A stretch of 64,000 nucleotides of DNA, taken from Haplodiscus bocki. Its lineage: Eukaryota. The stretch covers positions 75,454,001 to 75,518,000 of the forward strand of contig OZ296656.1 of the NCBI GenBank assembly GCA_965655095.1. The letters are read 5' to 3'. Numbering within the stretch: position 1 is the stretch's first letter; every line of letters begins with the position of its first letter. Below are positions 1 to 13,400 of the stretch, in pieces. Below the pieces are notes generated by a model, which saw nothing but the letters and a program-made list of their open reading frames with translations, was not told the DNA's origin and ran no database searches. Position numbers and translations under genes: made by a program.

Positions 1-255
1 TGCATTTCTTTCAAGATTCTTGCAAGAGAATGCATTATTCTTCAAGAATCTTGCAAGATCTTACAGAAAATTACCAATCTTGGAAGATGCCTGCAGACGA
101 GGTGTTTCTTGCAAGATTCTTGCAAGAATTACGTTTTCTGCAGTATTCTTGCAAAATTTACATAGTCTGCAAAAATATTTCAAGAAATAAAATTTTCTGC
201 AAGAATCTTTGAAGATTAATATTTTTGGGGAATCTGCAAGAGTCTTGCAAGATAT
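1..255. repeat. Array of the self-complementary 10-mer TCTTGCAAGA (probably truncated by the window edge)
   Basis: About 10 or more exact or degenerate TCTTGCAAGA copies with irregular spacing. Confidence 0.8.
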
Positions 256-959
256 GTACTTGTGTTCATCTAGGGGTGTTTCAAGATGAGCTATAGCAAT
301 TTTTGACGGCAACCAGTCGATTTTCTTTTGAAATAAATGAAATTCTATTTTCTAATCATATCACGGTCCTCTCGAGACAATATTACATTTACTAAGCTAA
401 CAAAATCTAAAAAAATGATTTCCGAAGCGTGAAAAATTCAGAAACAAACAATTGCCAAAAATTTCAGTTGCAAGGGTTTTACAAACAAACAAATTTCTGT
501 TATTTTAATTACAGGACAGTATCTTGAATTTTTTACTATTGAAAAGACAAAAACAAAATTATGGAAAATGCCGTTTCAGTAGCGCCTTATGTAAGAAAAA
601 CATAAAGTCTTTCATAGCCTTTTGTTCGGTTTTTTAAACCATAGGACTGTGTTATTGAAAGGTTAATCTCAAAATTAATTTAACGAACTTTCAATAAAAT
701 GTTATATTGATTCGAATAATTCCTGATTCAGAATAATATATTGGAAAAAATTCGATTGTACAAGTCTCCTTTTTGTAGAACTATGATAGTGGTTAGCGCC
801 GGTTGGGAAAAGAGTCCGACCATAACCATATGATTGGTAAATTGGGGATGACTGTTCAGGGTGTTTGAAGTTTTTTCAAGGGTCTTGAACTTAACTTTAA
901 CTAAGATTCCCGACTGAAAACTGCGAATACATTGAAAGAATTGATTACACAGGCTGCTG

Positions 960-1310
960 AATTCTCTTGTTTCCGATCCGTTCACAAATCGCACAAATTC
1001 CTAGATTTTGACCAAAGAAAGGAGGAAGCGTCTTAGGCTCGAGCGTGGGACTTTTCGCGTCGTAGTCGCATGCTCTACTGACTGCCATTGAGAATCAGTA
1101 TCTTTGTTCAAAATATAAAGCGAAAGAATTATAGCGTTTGTTACTTGTTAATAATAGTCGAAGAAATAACTGAGTTTCTGTACACGTGTTATATACTATT
1201 CGTAGTATCGTGGCCCCTTCGAAAATCAGTTGTACTTGATCTATTTGTTCACTAGTATTTCGTTGGCGCAAGTGTTCCGAAGCACAGCTTCGCCTCTGTG
1301 TGAAATTTTG
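960..1310 (-). repeat. Dispersed repeat family E with tRNA-like segment, copy 1
   Basis: gatccgttcacaa.tcgca..aatt.ctag.ttttga...ggctcga...tgctctactgactg...cgaagcacagcttc shared with 62085-62330. Confidence 0.65.
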
Positions 1311-2528
1311 AACAAGACGGCCGGCTAGCACCGACATATTTTTCGCCCGAATACGAAAATTTTGATCAACATATGCAAACAGTTAAAAACGAGACTACAG
1401 TTTAAAATCTAGTTTTCGAAGGTTTTCTACAAACATCAATTCCACCACTGATTTCTATATTCTATGCAAAAGAGGGGGTATCACTACTTTTCGTTCAAAA
1501 TTTTTCGTCTCGTTTTCTCAGTACCGAAAAGTTTCCTTGGGGAACACTTCGGTGTATCAGAAAATTTCGGGTAGCGAAAAGTTTTATGCATAAGAAAGGG
1601 ATATCACTATTATCCGTTGAAATTTTTTTGTGTCACAGTCTCAAAATTGTGGTATCGGAAATTTCCATGCACAGGAGGGGGGACATAACGGTTTTGTCGA
1701 AAATTTTTTGTCTGGCAGGATCGAAAAACTTCGGACGGTAACCCTTCTGTGTTTCAGAAAATTTCTGTTTCGGAAAAAATGGACAAGAGGGCGGGGGAGT
1801 ATCACGATTTTCCGTGGAAAGTTTGTTCTCTCACAGTACCGAAAGACTTCGTAGAGGAACCCTTCTGTTTCAGAATATTTCTGGTATGGAAGAATTTTAT
1901 GGATGAGAGAGGGGAGGTATTGATTAGATAATTTATGGATAAGAGGGGGCTTATCACGATTTTCCGTCGGAAATTTTTCTGTCTCACTGTGCCGAAAAAC
2001 ATCGTGGGGGAACCCTTCTGTGTCTCAGAAAATTTGTGGTATCGAAAAATTATATGCATAATAGGGGGTATCACGCTTTTGTCGATATTTTTTTGTCTCA
2101 CAGTACCGAAAAATTTCGTAGGGGAACCCTTCTGTGTTTCAAAAAATTTCTGGTATCGAAAACTTTTATAGATAAGAAGGGGGGAGGGAGGGAGTGTCAC
2201 AATTTTCCATCGAAAATTTGTTGTCCCGCAGTACCGAAAAACTTCGTTGGGGAACCCTTCTGTGTTTTAGCAAAATCCTGGTATGGAAAAAATTTATGAA
2301 TAAGAGGGGTGGAGGGAGGGGGTGTCACGATTCGAAATCGTAAAAATATTTGGCACGATAGGGACTCGAGCCGGGACCTACCGCTTCAGAACCATGTTGT
2401 CCTAACCCCACTGCTGTCATTTATTTTTGAATAAAAGAGTTGGCAATTTTGGACTGAAAAAAAAGAAAAACGACCCTACTGAATGAATAATTTTTCTTGC
2501 ATATTACATATGCGGCGAAAAATAAAAA
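1311..2528 (-). mobile_element. Non-autonomous Helentron (HINE/DINE-1-like), family A, copy 1
   Basis: On the minus strand: 5' TATTTTTCGCC, tRNA-like module, about 7 tandem units of ~115-130 bp, then GGCGAAAAATA (subterminal inverted repeat), GYCGG-TGCTAG-CCGGC stem-loop and CGTCTTG-TT end, T-rich termini, no TSD seen. Confidence 0.8.
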
Positions 2529-4364
2529 CTAAAGTTATAATCAAAGAGTGTCCCTTCAGAAGAACTTCGATTCTATGAAAGAGTTCTTTTCGGCAAAAAC
2601 AGTGACACCATTCTGTAGTATTTCGATTTTTTTTCTAAAAACCATAAATCAAAACTTCGAAGCAGATCCTAACCAATATTTGAGCCTAACGGGCGGCACT
2701 ATCCAGCGGGCGTTCCTTACTTGGCAGAACCTCGGATGATGGAGCAAAATTATTTCACTTCCCTAGGTGACCGAATGGAGCATCTCGGAATTGCTTGAAT
2801 CGTCATCTTGTCCATTATCACTTGCGTATTTCAAAGTTTTCCTGTCACTTCTCCACCATTCATAAATATATTCATTTGCTGTAACTTTCAGAAGTGGGTC
2901 GAAGCTTGGGTGTGTAAATTGCATATGAACGAAAGGTTTTGAAAATGCCTCAACAGGGGGAAACAAGCCTCATTGTTATTTCCAATTTTTAATTTTTATT
3001 GTGTATCATGCAGACAAAGAAAAACCCCTGGTGAACATTTGGGAAGGCCTGCAATTACGCAAAGATATGATTTTTCAAGATTTGCAAAGCATCCTACAGT
3101 TGTTCATTATTAATCGAAGTATCTGGCAAAACACGAGAGGAAACCGACGATTTGTGAGCTCAATTCAAAACTTAGTTGAAACAAAATTTGAGAGTTCCTT
3201 GTGTCTTTTACCATTTTAAGCCCCTGTGACTGTCCAAAAAGTGTGATAAAAATCAAATCCTCGTTCGTGTTAATCAAAATTCCGAAACGGTAGAATAACA
3301 CAATTTTGCTTAACCTTATTTTTTAAATTCCTTTTTTTTGTTTATTCTGATTGCACGATACTTCCGATAGAGTGCAAAAGGAAGTCTGGCTATTTGTTGA
3401 TGGGCTTTAGTTTTTTGGCCCATTCCGGTTACTCGGTCCATTGAGCCATGAGTAATATTTTTGTTTTGAATGTGTGTGTAAAATACATGCTGTGAATATT
3501 CTTTGTTTAGCTGACACAAAATTATAGTTGATTCTAATTCTAGCAAGTGTTATAAAAGCAGAGGGACAATCAATGGAAATTATAACTTGTTTATTAGATG
3601 CATTAACCACTTTCAGCACCAAATACTTTTCTGTTTGTTGACAAGTTGAAAGTTCAGACCTCTTTTCCAGCTACAGCCTTTACAACTTACCATTACTAAT
3701 AACTTAATGTCACTTATATCTCACCATAAGTTAAAAGTACATATCATGTACCATAAGTAATAAGTGTAACTGTTCTCTCTCACCAGAATTTTCATAACTC
3801 GATTGGTTGTGGAAATTCGCTTTCCATTGTAATGGTTGAAATAACTAACCTTCCTTCATAGCCTGTGAGCTTTCTCCCTTGAATTGATTTGCCCATGATA
3901 GGTTTATATACTTGGTAATGATTGAAGTTGACAAATTTTATTTCTCCAGCCCCAGGCTAACATAATTGTTGCTGCTAACCCACAGAACAGAGGACAGGGG
4001 CTTGAAACATTCACGAGGCACATGTCATGTCACGTTGTAGTTATATTGGGAGCAGACAAATATATTGCATGTTGCAAGAACCACTGGCTACCTCTTTTTG
4101 CATTCTTGTACCACAGAGGGAGGAATTGTAGCAAGTCTTGTGGGTTTCCCACATGTCCTAAATAGATCCTTAGACCAACTCGTTTCAATTGTATTGAAAT
4201 TTAAAGTGTTTTTAATCGGCGCTTTTAAACAAAAGAGCCCGACTATTATAATGGATTTTGTTGTAAGATAGAAGAATTCACCGTGTATATGACGTTTCTT
4301 CTACGAAATTTGTATGTCTTTACTACTTACGTCCACTAAGCTTTTCGAACGCGTCGCAAAACCA

Positions 4365-4721
4365 AACAATGCCAACTGTCCGGCTAACACTTTGGGATAT
4401 TTTCCGCCTTCCAGACTCGGGAAGAAACGTTAAAAACAGTAAATTGAAAAATGTCTAAAACGTGTGCAAAATTGCATCAAAACTCAACTTTTCGATTTTT
4501 CTTCCTTTTGCCAGAAAAACCCAACTTCTGGCAAAAAAAAATAATTTTTTAAAGAGGCTACCATATTGAGCGATTTCTACAGCAGCTTTGGAAGAGAATG
4601 ACGAAATAAAAATGTTCAGCATGTATTTTTGGTTCATTGCTCAATTGGCAAATTTGTTGAAAAACCTGAATGTCGAGCTTGTGATATTCCGTCCTTATAT
4701 GAAATATGGCAGGAAAATAAA
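4365..4721 (-). mobile_element. Degenerate HINE family B copy
   Basis: aacaa...ccggctaacac...atattttccgccttcca at the left and aaatatggcaggaaaataaa at the right are reverse complements of the family B ends. Confidence 0.55.
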
Positions 4722-7700
4722 TCAAGGCACAGCCAGCGATTTGACTGGATTCCGACTAAATGCGCCTACTAAATTAAGAACGTTCCAAATGGTTCTCAGA
4801 AAAGCTCACTCCTCCATCTGTTGAACTCAAGCTGAAAGAAGTTATGCAAAGGAAGTTGTCATCTAGGAAAAAAATTTGTAGCTCATCTCTCCTGAACAGC
4901 TAACTCAATCAGTGAATTAGATCACAACGGATTTTTATACGATTTGAATCCGGACTTAGAAAAGAGTTGTAGGAACTGTTGGTGGGAAGATGTTAATTGG
5001 AAAACAACAGCTTTAGTTAAACGGAAAGTAATCTCAAGAAAAACCATTGTTTTCACCAAATTTTTGGCTGTCGGAAAATCTTTCACAAATTCCGATAATC
5101 ATTCGGAACTAGGAAGAATGCATTAGAGTTTAGTCATGCAGTTTGCAGGGCTCTGAAGTAGTACTCGGAGGTAGTAAGTTTGAAAAATTACTTTTTGAGT
5201 AATGAAAGTTTCCGACTTTTAAAAGTTTAGGCGGAAAAAACCATGAAGGCAAAAAAAATTCGAGAACCTTTTTTTTCTGCACATAGATAGCCCAGAGTCT
5301 TCTTGAGCTGCAACAGTAGAAATCCGCTAAGTACCATGAGTTTTGTGAATTTGGTGCTCTTCAAAAACATTTGTCGATGTCACAAATTCTATCAGAAGAA
5401 AAACAGAAAAAATCTAGGTGCCAAGTGCTTTGAGCTTGATTCGTGAAGGTCAGATGACACTTTGAATATGAAGGCTGCATTTGTTGGTTTCCTCAGAGCA
5501 GGCATAGTTGATTCGTTGCTAGAATATGCGGCCCAAAATCAAAAGGCCACGGCGAAAAAGTGGATCCTGCTGACATTTCTTTCAATCTTATGAAAAAGGA
5601 AGAAATGAAGTTTCCCTCGAAACATGCTGTCTAGCAATGCTATTCTTTCGTCTTCACGTTAGAATGTCACAGTTAATTACACAGAACAGTAGGAGAAGGG
5701 AGAAAAAAGATGAACATGTACACGAAGAAATTTAGTTTCCCACAATTTTTTTGCTGACCTTCAGCAAAAATTACAAATACACTCCGTTCTCGAAAATCCA
5801 TCGAAACTCCACCATGCTTTTCTGACCATTTTTATTGACGCAGATGTAACGTTGCGCTTTCTAAGCCTTTGGAACCCCGTCAAGTTACTCAAAATCTCAA
5901 AAAAATGGGAATGATTTTCGACTTTGAAGATGTTAAGCGCTGAAAAACTGCCGAGAAAATCTCGGAATCTTTCCGTGATCTGTGATTTTGTTTTTTGGTA
6001 TCTCGGGACTGAGCCAACGTTTGAAAAAACCAATCAAGTCCTTTGCAGGCCTTCGCAGTGGTAAAAAGACCGAAAACTATGGAGTGTTTGGCTTTTTCGC
6101 AAAGTTTATTGCTGAATTACCGACGGAAGAAAACGGTGAAGCATCTCCTGACGTTCCATAAGTTCTACGTCACCGCTGACAGTTAATCACCGGGTGATTC
6201 AGACAGACCTCGATGCTTGCACATCTTGCTGGTGGTGGAATTTTCGGAGAACATGAACTTTTCGACTGTCAGGTTTCCCGCTAAAAATCGACCGAAAAAA
6301 TTAAGGCATATAGAAGGGTTGATTTCTCACCAATTCCACTAGAATAGGTACCCATCGTGAGCGCATGGAACTGATGCTAGTCAATTTCGACGATTTGCCC
6401 TTAAAATTTTGGCGTTTTTAGTTTGGCGTTTTCGCTAATAACTCGAAAATTTTTCAGACGCAGGAATTTTGGGACATGGTCAATTGCAACCTTGCGTTAC
6501 AGGTTTTCGAGAATTTAGATCGCCCCAACCAATAGAATCTAAGGTATAGTGGTTCTAAGTCAAAAAATGCAGAAGGCACGTCATTAAAGTTGAACAAATT
6601 CTAAATTGCCAATATGTGTCGGAAAAGATAAGAAAAACGACACTAGCTATTGAATAATCTTCCTTTCCAAATATAGAATATGGAGGTGGAAAATAGCAAG
6701 TAGCCGCAACTCGTTATTACAAATAGTCGCAAGTCTTAATTCGTGAAATAATTTATAAGAAGAGTTCGATGTTTTGTTATGTGTTGATGTTTTAGAATAA
6801 AGTCAGTTGTAATGACGTTTTCATGGAAATATTTTGTCTCGCGTCGCTGGAAAACTTCGTAGGGGGATCTTTTGCTGTTTCATATGTTTGGTACTAGTTG
6901 GTAACTCAATGATTGATAATTTTATATTGTTGATATCAATTTTGCTCTGACAGCTCTTTTGTCACTTGTGCAAAAAAAATTGGTTTTTCAACATCATCGA
7001 ATATACGGTGAAAAGTTAAACCAGCCACTTAAAGAGTCGGACGTTTTTAATGTCGGAGCTCCAAAAATGCGATTGAGATAACAACAGCCAACTTGTTGAC
7101 TTCTCTGTTCATCCAAATAATTGAGCTAGCAGTGTTGTTGAATACATAGCTTTGGAAAGTTGAAAAAAGTCACCGTCCAATGAGTGAACAGCTCTTCCCT
7201 TGTCAATTACGTTACATTCACGAACAATTTGGAGCGCCGGAGAAAGGAGAAAGTATTGACAGATCTGTTTAATTTGCAGATTGATGCATTGATCAAAATA
7301 ATTTAGGATCTCTCTGAAGCAACCCAATTCGCATTTTTAGAGGATTTTCAAAACAATAAAATCTGAAACTTGTAAACTTTTTCCTAAAATTTGTAAGTGT
7401 TATAACTACCAAAAATTTTAACCGACAGTTTCCTGTTTGACAAATGTTTTGGCTCTGCTATTGCTGTGTTCCATGGCGGCCTTTCCTATCGAAACACCGA
7501 CCATTCAATTCGAGCGATGAAGAAAATCCGAAATAGAAATAGTTTCCGTGCAGGGCCATGGCCAACTAGGGAGATCTTCGACTACAGATCTTCGACTACT
7601 CGCAAACTCGCTTCTATCAGTTACCAAATTTTTCAGTTCTGTTTCTGTCATACTTGCGATATATTTATTTTGGCAACTAATATACTTACAACCACCCTAT

Positions 7701-9981
7701 GAATGTTTAACATTTTTCTATCTTGGTCCGGGTTGAAAACTTTTGCTTTTATGTTTTGGGCGGCCTAAGAATGAATGAATAAATTTGGCAAGATGAAAAA
7801 ATTAATAAAAACCTTGGATTTGTATTCTGGAAATGTTGTCATTAAACAGACTGTCTCTTACCCTTGCCTTAAAATTTCGTCAATGGCGCCTCTATTCATT
7901 TTTGCCGGGCGACAGGTTGTCGTCACAAACTGGCTCCCGTATTCTCATTTTTTTGATTCCTTAACTTGTGCCGCTTACCTGTCGGGATTTTTGCGGGAAT
8001 TTTCCTTTTTTCTCTGTAGGGTGGGAGCACGAGGCAGCTATACGATTAGTTTGGTCAAGATTAATATTCAAATAAGGTGTTAGAAACACTCTTTCGATCA
8101 TGTTTCATATTACTATCGCCTGCTGTTTTTGTTTTTTTTTTATAACTTTCAACTCCTACAACAACTGTATTGTTAATTTATTCAAAGTGAAATATGTAAT
8201 CGCTACTATACAATCTCCTATGTGTGTGCATCGAATGTGAAGCCTTTGATCATCCGAGAGTAAAATTGGCTGCCAGAGAAATGCCAAACTGCACCTATGT
8301 TGGCTAGACAGTCCTCCTAAGGGTGTGATATAAAGTCGGAGCCACTTTTCCGCTCTTCCATTTCCTGGCGGCTCGCTCCGGTCGTAGAGACAAGCCAAGC
8401 TGACTGAGTAATAGGCTGGTGATGAGCTGCTGCTGAGGCCATGTGTGTTTTTTGCCAGAAAGTATTTTTTCCTACTTGATGGTCGGAATATAGGTCTGCC
8501 CTGGCCTAAGTCGCTGCTACACCGGCTGTTAGGTATGTTTGATGATCACGGTGATTATGATGATGGATAATCCTGCTATCATCATTTTTCATCATCTTAG
8601 TTTTTTGACGCTTTTCACTGACCGCCCGCCTTCAGAAACTCCCCTCCCTTCATATGAAAATTTTTGAATGATCACTATAATTTATAATTTCATGTTATAT
8701 CGTCATTTTTGTTCATGTGAATAGGAACGGTATTTTTGTGCATTGTTTTGGCAGCGTTTGATTTTGGAAGGATTAATTTTTTAGATGATAGACGTTTGTG
8801 AATTTCCTCGTTAATATAAATGAAGAACATTTCTTAGAAAAACACTGTTCTTTCAATGTTGGTAAGCGATTAAAATTGAAAGCTATCATTCATAACTACT
8901 CCCAAGAAAAACTAGCATTTACACAGAGCTAAAAATTGGGTCATTTGAGCCTTGAATTCTGATATTCGAAGGCGAACTATTTTTAAAAAGACATATCGGT
9001 TAATGTACACTTATTTTGAGTCGACGCACGAATTAAGTCCAACTGTAGCATAGGATTTTCGTTGCTTTCTTGGGAATTCAATAGTCCTTTAAGATTTGCT
9101 GAAATTGTTCAAGTTGCCGGACGGTTTCCGACTCGTTGGTCGCTGTTCAAAGCTTTCCGAATATTAGTCTATCTAGTCAAGACCTGGATGACATCACAAA
9201 AAATTTTCAGAATTTTAACGAACTCGGTTGGAAAACTAGTCATATTTTCCGCCTTCCAACTTTGTTGAAGATTCGTTTTAGAAGAAAGAGCGATTTTTGA
9301 TGATGATTGGTTTAGCCACACTAGATGACACTGCAAGTGCGGTGGACAATCAAAACGCTTCTCAGAACAATAGTGTTTTCAAACTCTTTTTCAAGGTAGT
9401 GTATTCGTTGATTTCTTTGATATGCGAAAGAACTTTTCTTCAAGTCTTGTGACAAACACTCGCCTCGTTTGTCTCCACGAAAAACCTTGCTGTTGCATAT
9501 TGTTCTCTCTAATTTCGCTATCAAATTACTCTTCAGCCGCTGATACAAAGAATTACATTGATCCAATCTTGATAAAAATGAAACTGCCTACTACAAACAT
9601 TTTTCTCGTTCTATCATTCAGGATTTCTTTATTGGGTACAACTTGCGTTGCAGAGCTTTTAGCAGTTGTTGACTCGACGTTCGAAGGACATTTTTAGAGT
9701 CAAGTTTTTTTCATCACAAAATACATATCCATTCGTCAGCAAATTTGGCACCTTTTTTCCAATGTAAAAATCGAGTTTTTTTTTGAAAAAAAAACGTAAT
9801 TTCATACGTATTTGAGAGATGTTATTATTTCATTGGCATTCCACGGCACATTTGATATACTTTGGTGATAAAAAATATTCAAGCTCAAAGTCGTGAAAAT
9901 TTAGTCATGTTCCAAGTCATCGTGCAATTGTTAAGTTGACGTAAAATGCGCACACGGCGAATGGATGAATTTCTTTCCTTG

Positions 9982-10435
9982 TTATTTTTCGCCCATATTT
10001 ATAATCTGGATGGAAAATCATTCGCTCAAATCCGACATTTTTTACGTATCTGCCAATTGAAAATGTCCTATGTCCAACGTTTCTGAAGTTGAATTTTTTT
10101 AACACCAAATTTTAGTAAATTTGGCGTAAAATGCGCCTGAAGTAGTAAAATTTCTCTAAAGTTTTGAAATTTGTTTTTTTTTCGGAAGAATTTGATTTTT
10201 CTCAAAATCGGTAAAGGTGGCAAATTTGCTGTAGAATGCGTATCAAAAGATATTATTTCTCAAAAATGTTTATTCTACCTTAATCGTGTTTTTTTCTGGC
10301 GAAAATCAGAAATATTTTAAAGTTGAAAAAATTAGAAAATTTGATGAAAAACGAAAACTCTTTCGTTCTTTTGAAGGGCATCTTTACCAAAATGGGAAGG
10401 TGGAAAATATGCCTGTGGCAGCCGGCCGTCTTGTT
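9982..10435 (+). mobile_element. HINE family B copy
   Basis: 5' ttatttttcgcccatatttataa; 3' ggtggaaaatatgcctgtggcagccggccgtcttgtt; body similar to 46758-47222 and 50806-51268. Confidence 0.72.
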
Positions 10436-13400
10436 GAAAATATACGCTGAGAATGACAAAACTTCATCGTACGAGAAATGAAAGCAAAACCAGTGACATC
10501 CTCTGCAAAATTGAAGCAACTCATGGCGTCGCCGGCTTCAAGGTTTTGTGTCATTCTCGGTTTTTGTTTTGTTTTGTTTTGTTTTGCTAATTATAAAGGT
10601 AACGATGTGTGGGTTTCACAATTTTTTGAAACTGGAATATTTGTTCTTCAGTACTCTTTTATTTTGTAATTTTTTACAAAAAGTTCGATTATTTCCGCCT
10701 TTAGGAATGCGCGGGAATTTTTTTTGCGCAGCATCTGGGAAAACTTCGCCTATTGATTGAGTGATTTGCATGGTTTATTAAATTCAATCGGCCGGTTATT
10801 GTGTATGTATAAAATCTGTTCACAATATCTGCATGAATGTTCATGTTTACTCCCGCCCTTAATTTAAATACAAACAATTTTTTTATACAAGATGTGTCTT
10901 TACAAATGTACGTATACAAATATAACACTGAGGCATGTATATTTAACCTGTGGTATTTCATGGTCCAGTTATCAATTGTTGTAAAATATTTATTGAATCC
11001 AATCCGTTTTGTGTTTCGAAAAGCTTGTTCATTTCTGCTCAATCGGCCTTACCAGTGAAAACTTTTCGTAATCGTTAACTGACCCCGCCCTGAGATTTCA
11101 ATGTAATTTATAATAAGTTGCTATCATTGTAGTAAAAAATAAATCCGTGATCCGGCAAAGAAAGCAATCTTGTGAATTTCCCGAAGATATATTGCATGTC
11201 GCAGATGAAGAATATAAATAGTATAAAACATTATGAACCAACATCTTGGCTGAAATTTTCTTCAATACGAACAGTTTCAAACCAAATCTTTGTTTTTGCA
11301 AATTATTTACGGGAGAATAATGGTCGCTGCTTCTGGTAGTCGCTTCGTGAACACATTGAGAATTGTTGCTTTTTCTCGAATATTCCTGCGCAAAATAAAT
11401 TGTTAAAATGTTTTAGATAAAAGCAAATATAATCGAGAAGTCACACTTCTGGTTCCAAATGATATAACAGTACAGAACAAAATCCTCAAAAAGAGAGTTA
11501 TGTTTTTTTTTCAAAAAATGACGCTTCCAACTGAGATAGCGGGAGTCTCTAGCTCTTTGATGTTTATCTGAAATCGTCATGAGATGTTTTTCTTCTTTTA
11601 GACTCAATTGAATCCTGATGCTATTAAAAATTTGAGCTTTGTTTTATGCCGATCATTGAAAGTTCAGGTTCAAGGATGCTTGATGGTTCTAGTTGAAAAC
11701 ATTGACCTTTTTGTACAACGAGCTCTGATTTGTGAATTTTGCATATAGTTTACGTCACTTTTTTAGGTCGGAGCTTTTACTTTTGAGTTAAGAAGCTCGA
11801 CTATGGGGCCGTTGTAGCTCACTCTGTATGGGACGTTTTCACTAATTCTAGCCGCAGAGTCATCCCTTCAGATAGAGAAATTTAGACCCTCGGTCGAGCG
11901 TACCAAATACCACCATCCAATAATTCAAGATGAAGTTTACGGATTTTTCTTGGTGAACAAAAACCAGAAACTTTTATGACACAGAAATTTTTTCAAGACT
12001 GCAGAGCCAGGTTTTTGGAGATCGCTCTTTGCGTACACCGAAGTTTTGCGAAAACTACCAAATTTTTACGGAAAACCGAAAATTTGTAGAACACTGAAGG
12101 AACCCCCTCGGCGTGATTGTTCTCGACCTGTTGGTTTTTTGGTCACTTCCCGGTTATCATTCATAAAATCAGTAAATGTTATGGATGCTACTGGAGATTC
12201 ATAATATAACATTCTTTGTTTTCTGTGTCATGCTCCCTTAAACTATTGAATGACAGGGACAGTTGAGAATTATGAAACGCGTTTCTACTGAAACACCGTT
12301 GAGATAATGCGCCATGTAGTCTTGACAACGTTTTTCATTTTTGAAATATTTTGGTGGGATTTTTGCCAATCTGTGCTCCTTCAGGCGCCGCCCGGTCCTG
12401 TCTTTTTTTTCCAAAAGCACCTCAGGCGGTAGACATTTGGGAGCTGTCTTTCTGTCCAACAATTCATTTTACAAGCAACGAAGATATTTCTGTTTCACCT
12501 CTGCACTCACTACTTGCATATTTTGTATAATATATAACAATATATTTGTAACAATTGTTCCTGGTTCAGAGCCAATTAGATAAATCACTATTCAAAATGT
12601 GCTGCCGTCGTCCGAGGTGGTTTAGATTAAACGACGCCAATTTATAGTGCCAATTTAATCCTTTTATTTTCTGTATTGAGACAATGAAATAAAAATTTTG
12701 ATCAATTCAAAGAATAAATGACTCATTTCGATTGGACTGTAAAGCATGTCCCAAAATAGCCATCAATGTAAGTGATTTTATTTTCCGTTTAGATTCATCT
12801 AAAACTTATGATTTTTATTCATGCTTTTTTCCGTTGATATTTTTTTGCTATTACTAGTGTGAATTAATGTGGCATGAATTTTCATAAACGTGTAATCATT
12901 TTCCAGTTTGAAGAAACCGATCACAGCTTGAAGTCCGCGCTACTCATCTGTAAGGCGCAAAAATAGGGGTAAAATGTGGAGGGGTATCACGATTGTTTGT
13001 CTAAACTTTTTTCGCGCAGTACTGATAAACTTGAAGATCCTGTAGTTTTTTGGAGTACACTTGATTTTTTTTACTCCGCGGTGTAGTGGAATAGAATAAG
13101 ATAATGAAAAAATTAATTGATCAGAGAAGAGTCATGGAAAAAAAATGGACACTGCATTATGATCTTGCATGAGAAAAAACAATATCGTCACTACACCAGT
13201 CGGTTTGCTCTTTGAAAGCGCGGACTAAAAAAATTTGCGCAATATTCCAAAAAATGAAAAATTCTAATGAATTTTCGTTGTTCTGTAAAATATTGGTATA
13301 TATTTAAACATTAAAGCCTTTGTAGGAATTAGCCTAGGATCGTATTGTTCGTAGAATTTACTTCATTTTTCAAAAATTACGGTACCTTGGGAACATTTTG

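Noticed and set aside
1630-2299. Overlapping ORFs with recurring FCLTVPKNFVGEPFCVS-type peptides (also 14454-15200 and 41681-41991)
   Set aside because: They are translations of the HINE internal tandem repeat, open in several frames on both strands.
1470-2330. Regularly recurring motifs resembling a CRISPR array
   Set aside because: The whole ~120 bp unit repeats with no unique spacers, there are no cas genes, and the context is eukaryotic.
2351-2420. Functional tRNA genes at the tRNA-like modules
   Set aside because: The acceptor stem is unpaired and the arms differ between copies; all are embedded in repeats.
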